Below, piece by piece: positions 39,446 through 54,035 of a stretch of 64,000 nt of DNA. The notes below the pieces were generated by a model, which ran no database searches, had not been told where the DNA came from, and saw only the letters and a program-made list of their open reading frames with translations. Positions within the stretch are counted from its first letter, which is position 1. Every line of letters starts with the position of its first letter. The stretch is from NCBI GenBank assembly GCA_951406725.2, contig OX597825.1, positions 19,344,001-19,408,000 of the forward strand. The letters are read 5' to 3'. Origin of the DNA: Octopus vulgaris. Taxonomy: Eukaryota. Both the position numbers and the translations under genes were made by a program.

Positions 39446-40180
39446 CTATTCTATCTATCAGTATGTCTGTATGCATATATGTATGCATGTATGCATGTAT
39501 GTATGTATGTATGTATGTATTTATTTATGTATTTATATACAATTAGAAATTGTAAATCGTTTATTCATTCTAATATTGTATTAAGATATTTAGTGCAATA
39601 AACAACAAGCAAAGGCAATATATATTGAAGATTTTTAAATATATATATGATATAAAATGGTAATTTAGAAACATGATTATACGTTTCAGTTTGGAGAATA
39701 TTATGTACTTTTAAATGGAAAATAAATTATTAATTTATCAATCATGGAAAGTAATAACCGGAATATAGTGCCATGGTAAATATTCTTGAAATGTAAGATA
39801 GATATTAAAGAAAAACCATTATAGGTAGATAGTAAAAATTTCAAGGAAACTATATCTGTTAACGGAAGTACTACGTACACCGTATGTCTTAATTATATTC
39901 AGAGATATTTCCGTAATCAAGTCTAGAAATAGAAAACGTGACATCCTCAAACTATTCAGGAGTCAAAAAATGTGATGTTGTTTTGGTTTAGTGATTAACA
40001 AGATGATACGTTTTTTTGGCAGAAGCGAGGTTGGGAATTACAAGGTTTTTTTCTTCTGTCTGATATCAATAAATAAATACTTACGCGCAGGTGAATATAC
40101 ATACACAGACACAGACACACACAAACACACACACACACACATACACGTGCACGCAGATGTACATATATACATATACATAT

Positions 40181-40253
<73 letters not shown>

Positions 40254-40297
40254 CATGTACACACTTATATATATACATATATATGTATATATCTACA

Positions 40298-40347
<50 letters not shown>

Positions 40348-40452
40348 TAAATTCATATGTATATACACATATATGAATATATGTATACTCTAGCGAGTAT
40401 CTCAGCATGCGTTAAGTTAGCACATAGCTCCCAAGAACTCACCGATCTGTTT

Positions 40453-40529
<77 letters not shown>

Positions 40530-40539
40530 TGCATATATA

Positions 40540-41641
40540 AAGACTGTCCTAAAATTAAGGCAACCAACTTTTTCAATTTTGCCAAAGCAAGATATTGTTA
40601 TATTTCTTGTTCGGGCGTTCGAGTGCAACGGTAAACGATATACAATTGTGACACTACCTCATTCCTTTGATATAACCACCTTAAGTTTAGGTGCGAATGC
40701 TTCACACGCACCACGCAGCTGTTCCTGCGGAATGAAAGACCATTCCTGACGCAGTTTTGCATTCAGAACTTTGAGCGAAGTATATGGAATGCTCGATACT
40801 CTCGTCTCGAAAATGCACCAAACAAAAAGATCCAACAAGTTGAGATCGGCGCTTCTTGGTGGCCATACATCATTGCCTATGAACGACGGGATGTTTTCAC
40901 TGAATCCAGTGTTGTGTTTGTTTAGAGTTGTGGTCGTGTTGGAGGCTCAAAAGTGGGCCATGAAAGTGCTCATTCACCCAGGGAAGCATTTCAGATTTCC
41001 AGAATGTCGCTTATGTATCGCTGGGGTTTAATTTTAACACCCGAGGGCACAAATCCCCAACGATAAATGACTATGGATTTTGACGTTGATTTACGAATCT
41101 ACACTCGACGGAGGCAGATACACTCTAAAGCTGGTTATTCCTGTGGTTTAGTGTTTGTTAATGATTGAACACGAGGTTGGGCTGCATGCCTTCACCAATC
41201 TGACGCAGAATAACATTACTTCACTCCAGTCTCGGTGCCTTATAAACTTGCGTGAGCTCATAACGACTGATCATCTCGTAGTGGTAGGGAGGGGCCCGTG
41301 AGATCCTCCTTCAGCACCAGATACATATTCTCTTTCAACCACGTCCAGGTCGATCGGTGGTGGAACCAGTCTTTTGAAATATCTTCACAATTTTCCAAAC
41401 TGCTCAGTTACATTTAAGAGTTTTTGCTATAGTTGTATTATTTTCACCCCCTTTTTGAAGGGTTAAGATTGTATTTCGGTTTATAGCCATTATCTGTTTT
41501 ATAAATCTGAATTTATTTAGTCTGAAACGAAAAGAAGACACATTAAGCTTTTACAATGATGTATAATTTTCATATCTTATCGAATTTATTGAAAGATATT
41601 ATAGCTCGAAACTTCAGTAGCCTTAATTTCGGGAAACCTTG
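40540..41641 (-). mobile_element. Decayed Tc1/mariner-superfamily transposon, maT/DD37D-like
   Basis: Minus-strand peptides FVPSGVKIKPQRYISDILE and WPPRSADLNLLDLFVW..RVSSIPYTSL..L.AKLRQEW..IPQEQLRGACEAF; imperfect TIRs sharing aaattaaggc. Confidence 0.85.
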
Positions 41642-41695
41642 TGTATGGTATACATAAATGCATACATACACACACACACGCACACACACATACAC

Positions 41696-41757
<62 letters not shown>

Positions 41758-41764
41758 CACACAC

Positions 41765-41817
<53 letters not shown>

Positions 41818-41931
41818 TATGTATGTATATATACACACATATATGGATGTATGGCTATATATGTATATATATATATACATAAATATATATGTGTGTGTGT
41901 GTATTTGTGTGTGTGTGAATATCCATCTGCT

Positions 41932-42001
<70 letters not shown>

Positions 42002-42570
42002 TAAATATATATATATACACGCATACAAACATACAAATAAGCATACATATATACATAATTATACATCTGGGCATGAATATAGGTGTGTAGATATATATGC
42101 GTGTACTTATTTAAATACATACAAACAGATACCGGCAAAATGAAAGATAATTTGTTTGCATATAGATGACTATATTCAAGACTTATATTTAATATACTTT
42201 TTACCGACAATTGACTACATAATGGTACCAACAATCTATGGTAATAAAAGTTATATATGTGTATATACATATGTGCTTGTGCGTTTGTGTGTAAACGTAT
42301 AGATACATTTCTAGCCTGTACATTATATTCTACCATTAACAAAACACGATGCAAGATAGAAAATTTCCATTCCTAACTTGCCAAAACATTTGATTCTTTC
42401 ATTGAGGATAAATTTAAACAGAGCAGTATTTATTCAAACACAAATAACAGTATTTGTATTATTCCAATACTTATCTTGTAAATTACAACGTTTTAACAAA
42501 GTGAGATTTTCAAGCCGACAGGATGTAAACTCTGTTTGACTTACTTCTCCTTTTCCTCTCTTTTTACCTA

Positions 42571-42605
42571 GTGCCTGACGAAGGATTGAATCCGAAACGT
42601 TGCAT
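42571..42605 (+). ncRNA. Minimal type-I hammerhead motif (family P5)
   Basis: gtgc CTGACGA a ggatt g aatcc GAAA cg TT gcat; intact core; element ends ..cttaactatgtatata. Confidence 0.65.
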
Positions 42606-42739
42606 ATTCCACTCCTCACGGCAAGTTCACTGCATTCTTTTCACTCTTTTCTATATTTTTTCAAGTCTTGATTATGCAGAGCTACTAAATTCTTAACTAT
42701 GTATATATGTGTATATATATATGTGTATGCATATATGTG

Positions 42740-42772
<33 letters not shown>

Positions 42773-43200
42773 ATATGCTCATTTCAAGTGCATATGTAGA
42801 AATGATATATTTACAACAATGACTGGTTTATGCATAAAAATGATTCCAGTTTAATTTCTTCTGGCTCCGTTTCCTACATAAATGTCATAAAATGATTTTT
42901 CATATGTTTAATACTTTTATAATGTTTTGTTTCTGCCGTTGAAAATTTTACAAATAATACACATATATTTATGGTTAAAAACCCAACAATCTTAATTATA
43001 ATATTCATAAATTTAAACCCAGCAATCATTATCCCTCTCTCTTCTACTTTATAACAAATAATAATCATATGGTTATCTATTCCTGATATATATATTAAGA
43101 TGTGATCAGTAAATTCGACATTTTTTATTGAACTATTAAGAATCTTCTTTGATTATAGTTATACTCTTACACACAGGTATTTTTTGTGTGTGTGTATGTG

Positions 43201-43333
<133 letters not shown>

Positions 43334-44199
43334 TACATATGTATATACATGTTTAATGAGCGAGAGAGACGGAGGGAGAGAGAGAGACATATCCATTTAT
43401 ACGTTTGTAAGTGTGTTTGGAGAGAAATGCTACACCTAATGTGCTAATGTGTATATAGAAATGTCTCACGTTCAGTTTCCTCACCTTTCTTTAACAAATT
43501 ACTCAAAAGAATTTGACGATCATCCCGAAAATATATATCTCGTTCAGATATGAGTTTAGAGTACACAAATATTTATCTAAATGTAATTCTTATGATACAG
43601 CAAGAAAGGTGGAATCATTTTGATTTGATTTTAATAAAGGTGACAAACTACTTTTCGTCTTTTCTTTTAATCAGAGAAGGCTAATGTAGTTCCCTTCTAC
43701 ACAGAATATATTTTATACTCGTAAAACAGTGGTGTGTATGCATTAATTTGATGCATATGAAATGTAGGCAGCAATTCTAAAATATATAATTGTTACATAG
43801 TAAACTTAACGACTCAAAACTTCTAAAACACGATCAATAATAAAAGAGATGTATGGCGATAAAAAAATTGTCGAAATATATTTAGAGGAAACCAAGGGGA
43901 AATGTTTAAAAAATATATATCCATTGAAAAGAGAGAGAAAATGTTATTTTCATATGCAAAGAACACAATATCTTAGGTATTATTTGAAGACGAATATAAT
44001 GGCAAATAATCGAAGAATATACAATAGGTGTTAATACAGTGGATGGTAAACATGAAAGTCTAACATATCAAATAATGTAAACATAGAACACAGGTACACA
44101 GATAGAAATATATATGTATGTGCACCCCACCACACATACACACACACACCCATATATATAAACACATGTATACCTGCATATGTATATAACTAACTTGCC

Positions 44200-44246
<47 letters not shown>

Positions 44247-44247
<1 letters not shown>

Positions 44248-45236
44248 TAGGTTGTTTCACATGAAATGTCGTATTTGAAAGGAAACAATAAAACGTTTCA
44301 GAAGTGTTAGGAAACTGATTTATTTAATCACAGTATGATCCGTGTTGATTTATGACGTTTATCCAACGTTTCTCTATGCCATATAATCCATCTCTAAAGC
44401 AGAAATTCATCTTTTGCTGTGATAAACTGTTTGAATGCTTCAGTTACCGCTTCTCTATTTAAGAATGTTTTCTTCCTTATAAAAGCTCAAAATGTTTAAA
44501 TAAATGATGATCAATCGGAGAGATATCAGGCGAATAAGGAGGATGTTTCAAAATCTCATAATTCAGGCTTTGCAAGTTTTGGTCCGTAGCTTGAAGAGTG
44601 TAAGGACATGCATTGTCATGGAGCAAAATTAGGCAGTCTCTCTTCTCTAATCTGGGATGCTTCTTTTTCAATTTCTCATGCATGCAATCAATTTCCTGGC
44701 AATACGATGTTGTTACCGTTTTTCTTTGGTGCAAAAATAAATAATGAATAACCCCCTTCGCAGACAATGATACAGTGACCACTAGCTTTTTAGGGTGCAA
44801 TAGTGGGTTTGGGTGACTCTACTACACCTAATCACTGCCCTGTTCCCCTGCTGTTGTCAAAGAGTATAAATTTATCATCACAAGTAATGATTTGATGCAA
44901 AAATGTTCTTTTTCCAGTTGAGAAAGTAATAAAGAGCAGACTTCGAAGCATCTGTTTTTTTTTTGTTTTGTTATTTTTTTCGTTCATTTGATGTGAAACA
45001 AACCTACCCATTTTCTTGACTTTCCCAATTTTAAACAGGTGACCGAATTCAGTTGTGCGAAATCTTTGGAGATCTGATGAAAGTTTTCGAACATTTGTTC
45101 TCGGATTTTGTTCAACAAAAGCATTTAATCCATCATGCCGAATAACTGATTTTGGCCTACCCCTTGGTTTATTTTCAAGGCAATCATCTAAACGAGAGCT
45201 TTTGAAGCATATCTGTACATGCGTGTTTATGCTCAT
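44247..45236 (-). mobile_element. Decayed mariner (DD34D-type) element / transposase pseudogene
   Basis: ORFs 44477-44800 (LLHDNACPY, HPPYSPDISPIDHHLF) and 44832-45236 (LENKPRGRP, KIGKVKK, IITCDDKFILFDN); TIR-like ta|ttaggttg at 44247; SINE inserted on the 5' side. Confidence 0.9.
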
Positions 45237-45239
45237 ATA

Positions 45240-45442
45240 CTCTTTTACTAGTTTCTGTCATTTGACTGTGACCATGCTGGAGCACCGTCTTTTAGGCGAG
45301 CAAATAGACCCCAGGACTATTCTTTGTAAGCCTAGTACTTATTCTATCGGTTCCTTTTGCCGAACCACTAAGTTACTGGGACGTAAACACACCAGCATCT
45401 TTTGTCAAACGATGTTGGGGGACAAACATAGACACACACACA

Positions 45443-45525
<83 letters not shown>

Positions 45526-45687
45526 GACGGGCTTCTTTCAGTTTCCATCTACCAAATCCACTCACAAGGCTTTGGTCAGTCCGAGGCTATAGCAGAAGAC
45601 ACTTGCCCAAGGTGCCACGCAGTGGGACTGAGCCCGGAACCATGTGGTTCGTAAGCAAGCTACTTACCACACAGCCACTCCTACGCC
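45240..45687 (-). mobile_element. SINE family A copy abutting or inserted into the mariner
   Basis: Full reverse-complement match. Confidence 0.9.
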
Positions 45688-45989
45688 TACATATATGTTC
45701 ATATATGCCAATATTTACATATTCAAACACGCGTTCATCAAATCCGGATTTATGGTGTAAGACAAATGCGTAATGCCAATCTTGTTGCCGATAATACATG
45801 TCACGGAAATCATGAATAAAATATTCAAAATCACTATTACTCAGTATTTCCAGTCAACTTTAACATTACATAATGCCTTGCTGACATTTTCTCCACATTT
45901 CCATGTGAAGAATATATAGAATTTTATTTATGACACTAACGTCCATCAACGACTAATCTGCTTTATCAATATATAATGCTTAACTTCAT

Positions 45990-46466
45990 GTAAAAAAATA
46001 ATAAATGCGCCCTTTTAAAGCCAAGCCAGGTTCATGGGCCCGGTTTCCCAGTTCCCATGGTGTATGTGTTCCCAAGCTGGACGGGACGTCAGTCCAGCAC
46101 AGCGTTACTCATTTTTGCCAGCTGAGTGGACTGGAGCAACGTGAAATGAAGTGTTTTGCTCAAGAACGCAACGCGTCGCCCGGTCTAGGAATCGAAACCA
46201 CAATCTTACGGTCATGGTGCTGACACCCTAACCACTAAGTCACGCGCCTCCACTAAACAAATGCGCCCTTTTAAAGCCTAGCCAGGCTCAAGGGCCCATT
46301 TTCCCGGTTTATATGACGTATGTGTTCCTCAGCTGGAGGGGACTGGAGGAACGTGAAATAAAGTGTTTTGCCACAAGAACACAACGCGTCGGGCGGTCCA
46401 GGAATCGAAACCACAATCATACGATCATAATGCTGACACCCTAACCACTAAGCCACGCGCCTCCAC
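45990..46466 (-). mobile_element. Head-to-tail dimer of SINE family D (tRNA head, CORE-like body)
   Basis: Two units each starting gtggaggcgcgtg(g/a)cttagtggttagg and ending aaaagggcgcattt; ttaacttcat at 45980-45989 and 46468-46477 as candidate TSD. Confidence 0.85.
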
Positions 46467-46669
46467 TTTAACTTCATATATATTTAACAAAAGTCGATTG
46501 CATATTTCGTTAAAAATACGCTATCTTCCTGCAAATGCGTTAGATAACTCACAAAATCACCCTCGTAATCTATGAGGTAGCATACGCCTTTAACTGGCAA
46601 ATTCTTCTTAAAATATCCAGTGTAAAAACTGCTTTCGAAACTAATCACACAGAAAAATAAAAATATATT

Positions 46670-47025
46670 CACGATGACGATGACGGTGATGATAATTGTA
46701 GTTGCTGAAGAAGGAGAGGATGGGACTAACGACATTGTAGGCGATGTCGGATATAGCATAGATAATGGCGAACACAACATTTAGTATAACGATGGTGATC
46801 ATGATGACGATGATGATCATGATCATGACGGTGGATGTGGATGTGTTTTTGATAGTGGTTGGCATGGTGACAGAGACATCGACGACCACGACACTGATGA
46901 CGATGCAGGCGGCAGCGGCGGCGGATGGGGTTGGTGCGCTAGACGACAGTTAAAAGCGATGATGATGAATACGATGATGATGACGACGACGACCATGATC
47001 ACAACGACCACGTCAGCCACTGACA
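46670..47025. repeat. Degenerate (GAT/GAC)n low-complexity tract
   Basis: Decayed trinucleotide repeats. Confidence 0.75.
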
Positions 47026-47929
47026 AATGGAAATAAAATTAGCAAATATTTTAACTGTCACTATTTATATCCTTATATGCATATCAGTTGATTAATAGAA
47101 CTAGCCAGATTCTAAGATAGATCACAAGTCAATGAAATTTCACTGACACTCATGCATTTCTCTCTATTTATATTTAATTTTCAAATTGCTCGAAGGCGTC
47201 TCAGCATATTGTCAACTTCGTCTACATATTTACTAATATAATATATTTCTGTACGTATTCCTCAGATACGATTGGTTTGTTATAAATATACATATTCTCT
47301 ACTGGAACAGATATAACATGAAGCAGAGTTTTCCAATATTACTTATATTTTCCATTCAGCATAATTTGTATTATGCTATCAATCATTCAATGCAAAATCT
47401 AAATCAGTCATCACTTTATTATAGCTAACCTACAAAAACTCTTGTAAGTGACTTGTACAATTAACTTATTCAGACTTTAAATTTTCTCCTGTTCTACAAA
47501 ACCACGAAGTTCAGTTATGTGAGCAGTTTAAAAATCTACACTAATATATCCAGATGCTTGACGAATTAAACTGGAGATTTGCAATTGAGAAACAAATGCA
47601 AAATTAAGATAGTTTTGATACTGTATTAGTCTTTTGAAAAATAGAAGCCTAGACATAGTTGGTAGTAAATTGTTTGTAATTGCTGTTGTCAATGTTCAGT
47701 CACTACTCGGTCACGATTCACAAACCTAAGGAGAAAGATACTCTGGCTTTTCAGACGTAATATATTTTAGATTCAATTCTCAAAAATGTCATTGCTTTCG
47801 ACAGATTGCAATTATTATGAGGCAGTATATACATACACGTATATGTGCATGCATGCATCTCTCTCTCTCTCTTTCTATATACATATATATTTATCGCTGA
47901 AGTGCTATGTATATCCTTGTTGCTTATTT

Positions 47930-47996
<67 letters not shown>

Positions 47997-48032
47997 TATA
48001 ATATATATATATATTAATATATATATTAATAA

Positions 48033-48258
48033 GGCGGCGAGCTGGCAGAAACGTTAGCACGCCGGGCGAAATGCGTGGCCGTATTTCGTCTGCCGTTACG
48101 TTCTGAGTTCAAATTCCGCCGAGGTCGACTTTGCCTTTCATCCTTTCGGGGTCGATAAATTAAGTACCAGCTGCGCACTGGGGTCGATGTAATCGACTTA
48201 ATCCGTTTGTCTATCCTTGTTTGTCCCCTCTGTGTTTAGCCCCTTGTGGGTAGTAAAG

Positions 48259-48262
<4 letters not shown>
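48033..48262 (+). mobile_element. SINE family B copy between (TA)n tracts
   Basis: Near-consensus copy. Confidence 0.9.
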
Positions 48263-48322
<60 letters not shown>

Positions 48323-48611
48323 ATATATATACCCTGTCTCTTCTCTTTTGAAAGAAAATATTTCTCTCAGCGTTCGCTATTTTCCCCTCGTTCTGGTGTA
48401 ACGACCCTCCATATTTGTTTAGTTCGGTTTCCGTGTATGTCTTCGCTGTCCTGTCTATCACAGCACCGTTAATAGCAAAGCCTTGTGCAATGGCCCTACA
48501 CGATAACGAGGGGGAAGCCATCATATATATGCATACATATATATATATGTATATATGTGTGTTTGTGTGTGTATGTATGTATGTATGTAGGTATGTATGT
48601 ATGTATGTATG

Positions 48612-48642
<31 letters not shown>

Positions 48643-49287
48643 GTATTCTTACACAGATATGTCTGCATTAAGAACGGATTGTGGTATTTTAACTTGCATT
48701 ATTCTTTATTCTAGTTTTTATATGGCTTCCTATATATTAAGACATCCTGCAATTTTAAACTTATGGATTACCATTTGCTTTTCTCTATAGAAATAATCTT
48801 TATTTAATGCATTACTTTTTGTATTCTGTGCAAATTTGTATCTTAGAAATGCTATAATACAAATTCTAATGCACATGGAATTCAGTTTAGACTATCACAT
48901 ACAAACACATTCAGAAAATAAAACACCATTTCGTCACGCACATTCCTAAATACCAATACTTTTACCTTTCCAAATTAATTAACTATTAATCTTCATATTA
49001 AACTTTCTTAAGATTTCCAATATGAATACAAGTTATATTCCCAAACACCTGTATAACCTAAGTTTACAAAACAAAACGTTATCTACTTATAGAACATTTT
49101 CTCTCCGCGTCGAGCGTACATAAAATGCATTTTGGGCACCTGGAACGACAATATAATTTTCTGAAGCAACCTTATACCAAGACACATTACCACGGTACAA
49201 AATTACAGATAGTATTTGTGGAAGTTTGATTTACTGTTGAGCGACTTTTGGCCGAAGCCGATATATGTGTGTGTGTGTGGGTATGTT

Positions 49288-49355
<68 letters not shown>

Positions 49356-50128
49356 CTACAAAAGAGGTGAGTGTCTGTGTGTGTGTGGATGTATCAATTT
49401 ATACTTACGTATATATTTTACGTATGTATGTATATGTTTATTTGTATATCGTTAGTTTCATTCGCATATAAACATTTACTAATAGTGCAAATAAGATTAA
49501 ATATGTGATTACGTAGACATTAATCGCTTGCACATAATAATATACGTCATACAAATCCCAACAACCGTTCTTTTATCTGTGCTATTGTCTATCAAATGAA
49601 TATACGTCTATGCATACACAGATTCACAAATAAATATTATTCCTTTGAACCGGAATAGCTTCCAATCAATTCCAAACTAAAAAAAAAAATGTCTCTCTAG
49701 AGAATTTATCTACGCATTAAATAAATTATATATTTTTGCAAAAATGTACGAAAGTTCTGTATTGCGCCTAGAAACAGACAACGTGTGTTTCTGTATATCC
49801 CCAGTTATAACACAATGAGTAATAAGTCCACGTTAGAATTTGAACTGTATATCGCTTATTCAGTTCACAAGCTATTTATGAGATATCACGAGATACCTTT
49901 GTCTAATTCTTTGGGAATAACGACCGATCCCACACCAAATTACGCCAATTGCTTTACAGAAAGGAATATTGGATAAGATAACCGATATATGCTACAGTGA
50001 TAAGGGAAGTATCGTTATGGAAGAAACGCCTTTACTAATTTGTGACTTACATTCAGTTGGCTGCTTTATGATTTACAATGTTCGGATCAGTAATGAAGTA
50101 ATCTATGAAAGTTTAGTGCTCATAAGTG

Positions 50129-50432
50129 GGATCTTTTCGGTTTGAACGGTGTCTTTTTTTCCACAGAAATGTAAATAAACCCAATCTGTTTCTTAAACGA
50201 GGGACATATTCATACGGCACAGAATGCTTTTTACCTCAATAAACGTCAGTGATTAGTTGAAATTGCAGAAATCTAAGAAAAAACAACAAATATCTTACAA
50301 ACTATAGAATGTTCTCAATAAAGCCAAGAGAAAAAGATGTTTTATAAACACATTCTACCAGTATACGAAGTTTAAAATGTTTTAGTTACCTAGAACTTAT
50401 GTTAAAAACTGCCGTTCAAACCGAAAAGATCC
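50129..50432. mobile_element. Complete 304-bp MITE with GGATC-starting TIRs and 8-bp TSD
   Basis: TIR ggatcttttcggtttgaacgg / ccgttcaaaccgaaaagatcc; TSD cataagtg at 50121-50128 and 50433-50440. Confidence 0.92.
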
Positions 50433-52573
50433 CATAAGTGTTTGCAGGTCATCCCACAGGAATAAGGAGAACGGAGAAGGTAAGTCTGTCATAGGTATTA
50501 AATCGCTCACCTTCTCTAAATGGTTGAAGGAGAGTGACAAAGGATATTTACATGTAACGCTAGCAGTGTTGAAACAAGCTGCACTTTAATTCTGCAAATC
50601 ATAAATAGGTTTTATAAAGACAATAAGCTTTCATATTTCACACTACTTGGTTTTACACGAAAGGCTTCGGATAACGTAAAATTATGCGCATAGCAAATTG
50701 CCCAGAGTTCCAGTTGGTATATTGAGCTGTACCAAGAGATTTCTAAGTAAAGCAAAAAGCAGCATGGCCTTACCTGAAAACAACAACAATCATTTTTTTT
50801 TAAAATTGCCTTAAATTGTTTCAGCTTTAAAGCTGCGGTCATGCTACGGCACCACCATTAAATAACAAATTTTCATGCCGTGAATCGAACACAGGTTGCG
50901 TTGGTGAAAGGCAGGAATCCTTGGTTATCTTTAAATTATCTGTCCTATTTAAGATCTATGTTTCTTTATTAATTTTGGCATTAAACAAAATGGTTTTATC
51001 TTTAATAAATGGTGATGGTAGTTATATTTACTATTTCCTGATATGTGAAGAAATTTACGGCCAATGTGACAGACGGGAATAGCTGTTATAATGCGTAATG
51101 ACAGGGCAATCATTTAACTCGGAATCAGAACCCCTACATAGGTTTTAGTTAAGTATTCATCAGTATTTTATGGTCGTAGGATCTAAAATTTCCCAAAGCA
51201 GCAAGGAACGTAACTGGAGTTTTACGCGTTTTTCGAGTTTTATAAATTGTAACATATGAAAGATTATTTTCTCCGTCGATTAAAAACATGCCATCTACCT
51301 TACTTGACACAACTAAATGAGAGGTCCAAATTTTGCTAGACATACCAGCCAAGTGTCTTTAAGTCAGACCCTATAGTCTTACACAACCAATGACACATTG
51401 AACAGCATAATTACAGGTGTTCAATGACACATAATTTTAAAGGAAGAACTGTCTTTAATCGTAGGTTCTCTCAATCAGAATTGAAGATAAGGTGTAGAAG
51501 GAGTAGCAACGTGAATAACATGACTAACAAATAAACAATCAAATGCTTTTTAGTAGATATTATTAAGATATTTCAATTTAAACTAACTCCATACGAAGAC
51601 AACATACAGCGAATTGGAATTAACATCTCAAGTTGTAAACTGTATTTAAAGACAATAGATACAAGACTACTTATTGTCTAAATGAAGTGAAATGGTAAGC
51701 ATCAAAAATCGAAGTATGCTTCCAGAAATGACTTCCTGGAATAATGTGTCTATTCTTTATCGTTCAAACAATGGCTTCTAGTAAACACAATGCTGGAAAT
51801 ATCGAGAAAGGGGTGAATGTAATATATTATATAGACTATACTATAAATCTTGACTACAACGTATTGTATTGGCACCGGTAGAATGAATGTCATAATGGAC
51901 CGAAATCAGAATAAAAAGGGACTTCATTCAAAGCAAGAAAGAAATTCTTCTGCCATTCTGCTGGATTAGCAATGGTGATAAAACTCTATAGGTTTTAGAG
52001 TCATAATGTTAGCCTAATATAAATATTGGGAATGGACATGCAAGCCTAAATATTTCTATATTTTCTTTGAAGTTGGTTTCAAGCCGTATATATAATCCAA
52101 GGTGGACACGCATGTATAGATAATACAATTAGGCAGAAATATGCATACGTATGCATGCGTCTAACACATGAGCATTAAATATGCATGTGCATATATCTCA
52201 GATGTTTGTGTCTGTGTTCATAAATATGTACATATAAATAGGTATATGTATTTATATATATATGTATGTATGTATGTGTGTGTTTTGTATGGATGAATAT
52301 TCTTTTGTATGCATGTGTGAATGTGTGCATACGCTAGAAATCTGTATCAAGTAAGCATTCACGATTATATAACGTGATCTTTATCATTCGCATTCAAGCT
52401 TACCTACTGGCTTGCAAGTGCATGCTCGCTCAGTGACACGCGATAATCTCTCACACACATATGCCGCCACATACGCCTTTATACACAACAAAAATTCACA
52501 CACACACACACACACGGGCACATAAATATTTATACATAAATATATACGCATACATACACATATATATATACAT

Positions 52574-52615
<42 letters not shown>

Positions 52616-52837
52616 ATATCTATATGAATATGCATATACTTATTTCATATCTATACGTATAGCTAACACTTGCTCTTCGTATAAACGCATGATGGAGTGC
52701 ACGAGTATATATATATATATATATACATGCATGGATGCGTGTGTTAATCTATATTTGTGCTGGTCCATCTATGTAAATTCTGATTATTCATTTTTATATA
52801 TGCACATTAGCACGTACACAAGCAACAACAACACATT

Positions 52838-52879
<42 letters not shown>

Positions 52880-52926
52880 CATATATACAAACATATACAT
52901 ACATACATATATATATATATACAAAC

Positions 52927-52979
<53 letters not shown>

Positions 52980-53457
52980 TACATATTTACTCACATGCGT
53001 TCTATATGCGTATTAATGTCCTTCGAAATACATGCTGTATGGAAAAGAGATGCTTTCAGATAGTCTATATTCATCTTTTGAAACGATTCTCTAGATACTT
53101 ATGTAGCTTCCTGCTTGTGACCTCACCTTTAAACCCAATTTTTTTTGTTTACCAAACAAATTCTATTTCTGGTTTTATTCCACCACTTACACCAACACAA
53201 ACAACAACTTCCCCATTAAAACAAAAAAAAAATGAAACTCGAAAATAGAAAAAAAAAAACGTAAAAATACCATATGTATCATATCTTCCATTTATGACAC
53301 CTATTAATATTGCAGTTTATGATAGTAGCGCTACTATTAGTATTATTAATATTTCTATTTATATCATTAACGTTTATTATTCATAGCTCGAAAATGTGCA
53401 TCTCTTATCATCGTTATTAATATTAATAATATATTATTTTTCATAATATTCTTCAGG

Positions 53458-54035
<578 letters not shown>

